A stretch of 6,484 nucleotides of DNA from Methanocaldococcus jannaschii DSM 2661 (GTDB lineage Archaea > AGJL01 > Methanococci > Methanococcales > Methanocaldococcaceae): assembly GCF_000091665.1 (NCBI RefSeq), contig NC_001732.1, positions 1 through 6,484 of the forward strand. Reading direction: 5' to 3'. The translations under genes and the position numbers were made by a program. The notes under the pieces were generated by a model, which was not told the origin of the DNA, made no database searches, and was given only the letters and a program-made list of their open reading frames with translations. This document shows, one piece after another, positions 1-5,828 of the stretch; positions within the stretch are counted from its first letter, which is position 1; each line of letters starts with the position of its first letter.

Positions 1-177
1 TATACTCTCGTAATTTATATGTGCTATTTTTGAACTTAGATACCTTTAGGTATCACCATATAATAAATAAATTTACTTTAGCTCTCATCAAGTATGTGAA
101 TATACTGTTATTAACTCATGCATACCAGGAATAAATTTTAATTAATTTAGATATTAATCTCATTATAGGTGTTAAAA

Positions 178-348
178 ATGGATTATGAGAGCAAAAAAGT
201 TGATTATTTAGTTAATCCTAGCATAGAAAAACTAATCCAACTTTTAACTAGTGGAATTAACAACAGTGTTATAACCCTATTTACACATTGCAAGGTTTAT
301 TATGATGGGAGAGCAATTGGATTATCTTTTAAATATTGTCAAAAATGA
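178..348 (+). pseudogene. Truncated N-terminal fragment resembling EndoMS/NucS endonuclease (56 codons)
   Basis: Manual translation from ATG 178: MDYESKKVDYLVNPSIEKLIQLLTSGINNSVITLFTHCKVYYDGRAIGLSFKYCQK*. The NPSxEkl...ItlfthCkVyYdGRA pattern resembles the NucS N-terminus. The expected S.LGEGDR..IIKPDG continuation is missing. SD-like AGGTG sits about 6 nt before the ATG. Absent from the supplied ORF track because of its length. Confidence 0.55.
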
Positions 349-1051
349 TAAAAAGTTTTTAGAAACTCTTAAAAACATGAAAATTGACGTAGATTCAGAT
401 GAAGAACTTAGTAAAATATTTTTTATAATAATAACATTCCCATTCTGGTTAAGATGTCATGATGATATCAAAAATGCCCTACGTCTAATAGACAAAATTA
501 CAAACAAGGGAAGTTTTACTAAAGTATTGGATAACTCAATGAAGGAATATCATGTATTCTATATTTATGATGTGGACAAACTATCTGACCTTATAGCTGA
601 AGAATTAAAAAGATTATACCTTATATGTAAATCAGAAGGAAAAAGTTATTATGAAAATATATTTTTCAGATTGGATAGGAAGTCAATATTAAAATTATTT
701 ATGAAAATATCCCCTTTCAAACAATTAGATGTTATTAAAGGAAAGCTCAAAAATCAATTAGATTTCTTTGAAGAATATTTCAATAATATTGAAAAAATTG
801 GTTATTTTTCAATAAGAATGGAAAATAGTCGTTATAATGAGCATATTAAATCACTTCATCCTAAATTAATAATATCATTGAGAGTAGATAAGGTGCATAT
901 ACGTTTAGAAGCTCAAATAGACTACTACAATATAAATAACGAAAATGAAGAAGCATATAAGAAAATTTTAGAACTGATGAAACTCAATTTACTCACAATA
1001 GGTTATAAAGCAGTTGAAAAATTCCTTGAGGAAATTTATGAAGAAGTTTAA
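302..1051 (+). CDS. Hypothetical protein, 249 aa, unknown function
   Basis: Open 249-aa ORF with ATG start, mostly charged/helical composition. Tandem ATG at 302/305 overlaps the NucS-like fragment in another frame; the true start is uncertain. Confidence 0.6.
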   Translation: MMGEQLDYLLNIVKNDKKFLETLKNMKIDVDSDEELSKIFFIIITFPFWLRCHDDIKNALRLIDKITNKGSFTKVLDNSMKEYHVFYIYDVDKLSDLIAEELKRLYLICKSEGKSYYENIFFRLDRKSILKLFMKISPFKQLDVIKGKLKNQLDFFEEYFNNIEKIGYFSIRMENSRYNEHIKSLHPKLIISLRVDKVHIRLEAQIDYYNINNENEEAYKKILELMKLNLLTIGYKAVEKFLEEIYEEV

Positions 1052-1081
1052 CCAACTTCCAATATTGGTATAAAAATACTA

Positions 1082-1381
1082 TTATAACTTGCTTGCAATT
1101 TCTATTGCAGTTTTTAAATCCTCTATTGTCCTTTGGGAGAGGATATAATTATCCACACAAAATTTTAGATTCTCTTTTAATGATTTTTCTTGGTCTAACA
1201 AGGATAATCTTTGGATTATTCTTTTAATTACACCCTGATAATAATAAACTTCTGAATTTTTACTACTCTCCATTTTTAAAATAAGTTTTTTCAATTTGTA
1301 TATTGCTTCAATTGTTGGTAATTCTAAAAGTTCTTCAAAAGCTGTCATAATATCCCACCAAAATATTCTAAAGTTATTCAT
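1082..1381 (-). CDS. Small hypothetical protein, about 99 aa (track start at 1471, preferred start at 1381)
   Basis: The track ORF 1471..1082 has an internal ATG at 1381 ([21 protein letters not shown]...) that overlaps the stop of the upstream gene (ATGAATAA). The N-terminal 30 codons of the longer version lie wholly inside the upstream ORF. Confidence 0.5.
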
Positions 1382-1700
1382 CTGGGAATAGACACAAATT
1401 ACACTTGATAATCCACTTTTTATTCTTATCATCTGGATACACATCGATAATATTATGCTCATCATCAGCATACTCTAATCTTGAAGTCCATGGGAGTGTT
1501 TTTAGAGTGGAAATAAGAGCATTCAAAACATTCTTTCTAAAACTATCTTCACTTGAAGATTTTAACAAACTTTCCAAAGATTTTATAAATTCAACCAACT
1601 CCTCAATCTCTCCCCTCATAACCTCATCAAAAGTTAATTCTAAATCGCACTTTATAATCCATTCTCCAAAACCACCAACTTGAACCTTACAATCCCTCAT
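1374..1700 (-). CDS. Small hypothetical protein, 108 aa
   Basis: ATG at 1700 preceded by SD-like GGGTGGTTAA. Acidic protein with a duplicated WIIKC(D/N)L motif near both ends. Overlaps the next ORF by 8 nt. Confidence 0.6.
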
Positions 1701-1858
1701 TTAACCACCCACAATTAGAATATAATTTAAGTATTCTCATAAGATTTTGTTAAAACTTCTTTCCTTATAATATAAATAGCATCTCCATCGTTATTCCAAA
1801 TAGCATATTTCTAAACTACTAACAATTAATATTAGGTAATGATACTTGAAGATGAGCG

Positions 1859-1867
1859 TTTTAAATA
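1859..1867 (+). promoter_or_regulatory. Candidate archaeal TATA box for the ATPase gene
   Basis: TTTTAAATA about 70 nt upstream of the ATPase ATG at 1934; predicted start site would be near 1885-1893. Confidence 0.4.
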
Positions 1868-1886
1868 TTTACCAAAACTCATAAAA

Positions 1887-1921
1887 ATGATAATTTCAAT
1901 TATCATAATTATAATTATCAT
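1887..1921. promoter_or_regulatory. Inverted/direct repeat cluster, candidate operator
   Basis: ATGATAATT-TC-AATTATCAT (1887-1906, perfect 9-bp arms) followed by another AATTATCAT at 1913-1921. Confidence 0.4.
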
Positions 1922-1933
1922 TATGGGATTAGT

Positions 1934-3253
1934 ATGTTTGTGGATAGAGAAGAAGAACTAAAAGCATTAAATGAAAAGTTAGATAGTAACAACTTTGAAT
2001 TCATAGTTATTTATGGGAGAAGAAGAATAGGGAAGACAAAGTTGGCATTAAAAAGTGTAGAAAATAGGGAGCATATTTATTACTTAGCAGTTGAGGGAGA
2101 TAATTTAAAGCATTTTAAAAGATATGCTTCAAAGGTTGAACCAACAATTGAATATGCTAAAGAGGATTGGGAAGCATATTTTAACTTTTTAAAAGATAAA
2201 ATCATTATCATTGATGAGTTTCCAAACTTAATTAAAGAAAATCCTAATGTATTATCTCTATTCCAGAGAATTGTAGATATACATTTAAAAAATACAAAAA
2301 CAAAACTTATTATTCTTGGCTCATCAATATCCATGATGGGAGAGAAGGTCTTAAGTTATAAATCTCCTCTTTATGGGAGAAAAACTGGAGTTTTGAAGAT
2401 TAAACCATTGAAGTTTAAGCATTTAAAGGAATTTTTCCCAAAAGCTATTTGGGAAGAGTTGGTTGAAATTTATGGTTTTGCTGATGGTATTCCATACTAT
2501 CTTGAGAAGGTAAAACTTCCATTTTGGGATTACTTAGATAAAGAGATTAAGAGAGTTGATAGTTTTTTGAGATATGAGGTTGATTTCTTGATGAAGTATG
2601 AGTTTGAGGAGCCAACAACTTATAAAAAGATTCTTGAGGCAATAGCTTTTGGTAATCACACACTTGGAGAGATAAAGAATTACTTGGGCTTTAAGCATTC
2701 AGATTTAACACCATATTTAAAAAACTTGATTGAGGTTGAATTTATAGAGAGGCAAACTCCTATTACAGAAAGTGTAAAATCAAAAAAGGGGAGGTATTAC
2801 ATTAAAGATAATTTTATTGCTTTTTATTTTAGGTATATTTTTCCAAATTTATCTGCAATTGAAGAGGGGATTTTTGATATTGAGGAGATAAAGGCTGATT
2901 ATAATCAATATTTAGGATTTGTCTTTGAAAAAGTTGCTAAGGAGTTTTTAATTGAGCTGAATAAAATGAATAAATTACCATTTAAGTTTTTAAAGATTGG
3001 AAGATGGTGGCATAGGGGAGAAGAGATTGACTTAATTGCTTTAAATGATAATGATAAAAAAGCTTTATTTGTTGAGGTTAAATGGAAGGATTTGAAAGAT
3101 AGAGATGTTAAAAAGATATATAGGGATTTGTATAGAAAGTCAAAACTTGTTGGATTAGATGATTATGAAAAATATTATGCCATTGTTGGAAAGAAGATTG
3201 AGAGTAAAGAGAATGGAGATTGTTTATTATTTGATTTGGAGGATTTCTCATAA
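1934..3253 (+). CDS. Archaeal P-loop ATPase (ATPase_2/DUF234-type), 439 aa
   Basis: N-terminal FVDREEEL, Walker A-like GRRRIGKT, Walker B-like IIIIDEFP, LGSSISMM, and YGRKTGVLKIKPLKFKHLKEFFP typical of the expanded archaeal ATPase family. C-terminal EEIDLIAL...ALFVEVKW nuclease-like motif. Confidence 0.9.
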   Translation: MFVDREEELKALNEKLDSNNFEFIVIYGRRRIGKTKLALKSVENREHIYYLAVEGDNLKHFKRYASKVEPTIEYAKEDWEAYFNFLKDKIIIIDEFPNLIKENPNVLSLFQRIVDIHLKNTKTKLIILGSSISMMGEKVLSYKSPLYGRKTGVLKIKPLKFKHLKEFFPKAIWEELVEIYGFADGIPYYLEKVKLPFWDYLDKEIKRVDSFLRYEVDFLMKYEFEEPTTYKKILEAIAFGNHTLGEIKNYLGFKHSDLTPYLKNLIEVEFIERQTPITESVKSKKGRYYIKDNFIAFYFRYIFPNLSAIEEGIFDIEEIKADYNQYLGFVFEKVAKEFLIELNKMNKLPFKFLKIGRWWHRGEEIDLIALNDNDKKALFVEVKWKDLKDRDVKKIYRDLYRKSKLVGLDDYEKYYAIVGKKIESKENGDCLLFDLEDFS

Positions 3254-3264
3254 AAGTTATTGGG

Positions 3265-3453
3265 GTGGAAATTATAGCATTATTGATTGAAGAAGGAATC
3301 ATAATAATAAAAGATAAAAAAGTTGCAGAGAGGTTTTTAAAAGATTTAGAATCATCACAAGGAATGGATTGGAAAGAAATTAGAGAAAGAGCAGAAAGAG
3401 CTAAGAAACAACTTGAAGAGGGGATTGAATGGGCAAAGAAGACGAAATTATAA
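3265..3453 (+). CDS. Small charged hypothetical protein, 62 aa from GTG 3265 (67 aa if the frame starts at ATA 3250)
   Basis: ORF directly downstream of the ATPase: VEIIALLIEEGIIIIKDKKVAERFLKDLESSQGMDWKEIRERAERAKKQLEEGIEWAKKTKL. Strong GGAGG at 3238-3242. Confidence 0.45.
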   Translation: MEIIALLIEEGIIIIKDKKVAERFLKDLESSQGMDWKEIRERAERAKKQLEEGIEWAKKTKL

Positions 3454-3536
3454 TCCTACTAAAAATATTATTAGAAGAATATGATGAAGAAAAAGTAAAA
3501 GCTTTATTAAACTCTTTTCTTGCCACAAAAATTTAG
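3429..3536 (+). CDS. Possible micro-ORF, 35 aa
   Basis: Manual translation: MGKEDEIIILLKILLEEYDEEKVKALLNSFLATKI*. Preceded by GAGGGGATTG and overlaps the end of the 62-aa ORF by 25 nt. Confidence 0.3.
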   Translation: MGKEDEIIILLKILLEEYDEEKVKALLNSFLATKI

Positions 3537-3761
3537 ATGTTGAGAATTTTTTTTAAAGAATTCTGCAATATTATTTGAAAAATTAAATAAGAGCAGAATA
3601 TATCTAATTTTCAAAAGAGGGACTAATGATATTTTAGCATACTTCACTCTAACAATCTCTATCTTAAAAATAGTTGATGAAAAAATATCAAAAAAGACAT
3701 TAATTTTGTATAGGATAATTTAAGTTTAGAATTTAAAATTTATAAATTTTATAATTTAATT

Positions 3762-3787
3762 GTTAATTGACTTTGAAGTCAATTCAC
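3762..3787. promoter_or_regulatory. Palindrome copy 1, candidate regulator binding site
   Basis: GTTAATTGACTTTGAAGTCAATTCAC. Includes the stop codon of the regulator ORF. Confidence 0.6.
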
Positions 3788-4134
3788 CTTATCAATTTCT
3801 CATACTCTTTGTCAATGGCAGTTCTAAGTGCTTCCATCCAATTTTCTGAAAGTTTTATATATCTCCTCGGCCTATTTGCTGGAGCTTCCAATTTTCTTGT
3901 TTTTATTATACCCACTTCCTCCAAATAAGTAAAAACCCTCCTCCATTTTCTCAACACAAGAGTAGGATCTTCCTTCATCGCCTCAGCCAAGGCAATATTA
4001 CACATTTCCATAGGACCACACTTACAATAACCACTCTCAAAATGCCTCTCACAAGCAAAAAGAACTTTTTTAAATTCTTCTGAATGTTCAAGAACTGCAA
4101 TTAATCTAAATAATGTTCTAAGCTCTACACTCAT
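3784..4134 (-). CDS. Winged-helix-like putative transcriptional regulator with Cys/His cluster, 116 aa
   Basis: Start preceded by SD-like GGAGTGGGATT. Central ALAEAM...LVLRKWRRVFTYLEEVGIIKTRK...NRPRRYIKLS has the look of a helix-turn-helix plus wing. Flanked by near-identical palindromes. Confidence 0.65.
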   Translation of the reverse strand: MSVELRTLFRLIAVLEHSEEFKKVLFACERHFESGYCKCGPMEMCNIALAEAMKEDPTLVLRKWRRVFTYLEEVGIIKTRKLEAPANRPRRYIKLSENWMEALRTAIDKEYEKLIR

Positions 4135-4176
4135 AATCCCACTCCTATAAAGATGCCAAGGTATAAAAGTCTATTA

Positions 4177-4202
4177 GTGAATTGACTTTAAAGTCAATTC
4201 AG
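4177..4202. promoter_or_regulatory. Palindrome copy 2, candidate operator of the regulator gene
   Basis: GTGAATTGACTTTAAAGTCAATTCAG. The inner 24 bp (4178-4201) are a perfect palindrome, 43 bp upstream of the regulator ATG. Confidence 0.75.
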
Positions 4203-4205
4203 CAT

Positions 4206-4216
4206 TATTATATAGT
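4206..4216 (-). promoter_or_regulatory. Candidate TATA box for the regulator gene
   Basis: Minus strand CTATATAATAA just upstream of palindrome copy 2; predicted start site falls inside the palindrome. Confidence 0.4.
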
Positions 4217-4278
4217 ATATCCCTAATTGTTTATATTTCAAACGGAAAAATAAATATTTTGAAAATGAACAATAGCAT

Positions 4279-4419
4279 TTATTTTTCACATTTTTCATTA
4301 GATTCATCTTTTTTAATTGGTTTATCCAACATTTTAGGTATTAAAAGTGTAAGAACAAGAACTAACACTATATACACCAACATTGCAGTAAGAAACACTA
4401 ACAACCTTCCCTCAACCAT
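4279..4419 (-). CDS. Small single-transmembrane protein, 46 aa
   Basis: Manual translation: MVEGRLLVFLTAMLVYIVLVLVLTLLIPKMLDKPIKKDESNEKCEK*. Strong SD GGGAGGT upstream of the ATG, one hydrophobic segment, then a charged tail. Not in the supplied ORF track. Confidence 0.65.
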   Translation of the reverse strand: MVEGRLLVFLTAMLVYIVLVLVLTLLIPKMLDKPIKKDESNEKCEK

Positions 4420-4483
4420 TCTAATAACCTCCCAACAAACTAACTAATTTTTTATTCTAAAAAACTTATACTTAGATGCCATT

Positions 4484-4509
4484 GTGAATTGACTTTGAAA
4501 TCAATTCAC
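4484..4509. promoter_or_regulatory. Palindrome copy 3, candidate operator of the small membrane protein gene
   Basis: GTGAATTGACTTTGAAATCAATTCAC, perfect 9-bp outer arms (GTGAATTGA/TCAATTCAC), in the gap between nurA and the 46-aa ORF. Confidence 0.7.
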
Positions 4510-4557
4510 TCTCAAATTTGTATTCCAACAGTGACATGAAAAAGAAAATAAACTATA

Positions 4558-5796
4558 TCATTCTCCCAAAACTTCCCTCCCACTCTGGAAAAATAAGCTA
4601 AAATCCCTATTTTTCTCTGATATGTATTTTATCATGAATAAAATTTGCTTTTTAAATTCTTTTTTACTGATTTTCGCCTTATTATGAGCATCTTTCAAAT
4701 ACCTTGGATAACCAAGTTTAGAGTATGGAATAAGCAAACTTATAACTTCTTCAATTGATTTTTTGTTAGTTCTTGGAACTTCAAGTGCTAATATTGGACT
4801 GCTCTCGGCAAATCTAACATAAGTTTTAGGAATCATCTCAAAAGGATTTTCCCTGATAACTTCTAAAAATTTGAAATAATCTCCAAACACATCACAAATC
4901 TTGTTAATGTGCCTCCTACTCCTTTTTTTATTATAACAATCTTCCAATTTAAGAGTAGTGTATCCCCTCCCTCTAAATATTTGATTTAGAAGTGTAGCAT
5001 CAAGTAGGATATCAACATTTATGTTGTTTTCCTTTAATTTTTCTGTAATAATTGAATTCTCAAAATTTTTAGCTATGAATGTACAATCATACTCTAACAA
5101 TCTATTTAAAGAGTGTAGCAATTCTATATACTCAAAATATACTCCCCAACATGCAATTTCCAATCTAGAATTGAGAATATTTGCTGCAAATAACTCTTCC
5201 CTAATATCTTCAACATATTCAGAATACGTACTATCAAACTTTTGAAAAATCTTTATTGCTAAGAGAGTATTATCGTAAATATTCCCATCTAAATTCTCCA
5301 AAACTTCGTCCCAAAAATTATCCAATGATTTTATAAACTTCCAACCCAAATCTTCAGCTAAATCTGGATAAACAGTTAGAGGGTTAGTATCTCCACTTAA
5401 AAGTGGTGGCATTATTAAAGCCCCTGACAAAGTTCCATCTAAAAGGATTAAATCAACATTCTTGCTAACAAGTGTTGCAAGCCTATACTCTAAAGTCATC
5501 ATTAATCTTCTAACTCTATCCTCTTCTTTAAAAAATGGTAGAACACCCAATTCAAACATTCCCTTTTCAATATTCTTTCCAATAGCATAGGATGAGAGGC
5601 CATAAACAATACCACTACAGAATTCAACCTTCCCCCTACTACCATCTACCCCACATAATACCCCTTCAACACCTTTTGGCAACTCATTCCACACTACTTC
5701 ATCATTTATAATATTTCCAATACTGCTTATATTTTTAAACTCCCAATCCACAAAATTGTAAATTATATCCAAATGATTTTTACTAATAATAAACAT
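4558..5796 (-). CDS. nurA: NurA-domain 5'-3' nuclease
   Basis: Motifs GVDGSRGKVEF, LILLDGTLSGALI, and C-terminal RFAESSPILALEVP...GYPRYLKDAHNKAKIS. Adjacent to herA. The track starts at GTG 5805, but ATG 5796 is preceded by GGGGTGAT at good spacing and is preferred. Confidence 0.85.
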   Translation of the reverse strand: MFIISKNHLDIIYNFVDWEFKNISSIGNIINDEVVWNELPKGVEGVLCGVDGSRGKVEFCSGIVYGLSSYAIGKNIEKGMFELGVLPFFKEEDRVRRLMMTLEYRLATLVSKNVDLILLDGTLSGALIMPPLLSGDTNPLTVYPDLAEDLGWKFIKSLDNFWDEVLENLDGNIYDNTLLAIKIFQKFDSTYSEYVEDIREELFAANILNSRLEIACWGVYFEYIELLHSLNRLLEYDCTFIAKNFENSIITEKLKENNINVDILLDATLLNQIFRGRGYTTLKLEDCYNKKRSRRHINKICDVFGDYFKFLEVIRENPFEMIPKTYVRFAESSPILALEVPRTNKKSIEEVISLLIPYSKLGYPRYLKDAHNKAKISKKEFKKQILFMIKYISEKNRDFSLFFQSGREVLGE

Positions 5797-5828
5797 TTTT
5801 ATCACCCCTAAACGTAAATTAAAGGTTT

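Noticed and set aside
1405-1683. Plus-strand 92-aa ORF
   Set aside because: Lies antisense inside the 108-aa ORF; Ser/Phe-rich low-quality composition typical of a shadow ORF.
2080-2334. Minus-strand 84-aa ORF
   Set aside because: Fully inside the well-supported ATPase gene on the opposite strand.
3108-3302. Minus-strand 64-aa ORF
   Set aside because: Mostly antisense to the ATPase 3' end, unlikely composition and no convincing SD examined.
3537-3761. AT-rich intergenic stretch as a structured RNA
   Set aside because: No strong stems or GC-rich segment seen by eye; in such an AT-rich genome a stable RNA should stand out by GC content.
4259-4447. Plus-strand 62-aa ORF
   Set aside because: Antisense to the better supported 46-aa membrane protein ORF; Asn/Ser/Thr-rich shadow translation.
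4151-4481. Shared AGATGCCA 8-mer near palindrome copies 2 and 3 (4151 and 4474)
   Set aside because: Its distance from the palindrome differs (18 versus 2 bp), so chance is the simplest explanation.
3762-4509. The three repeats as a CRISPR array or IS terminal repeats
   Set aside because: Spacing is 415 and 307 bp and filled with genes, far outside CRISPR spacer length. No transposase is present, and each copy is itself a palindrome, which fits an operator better than an IS end. A MITE-like origin is not entirely excluded.
5021-5245. Plus-strand 74-aa ORF
   Set aside because: Antisense inside nurA.
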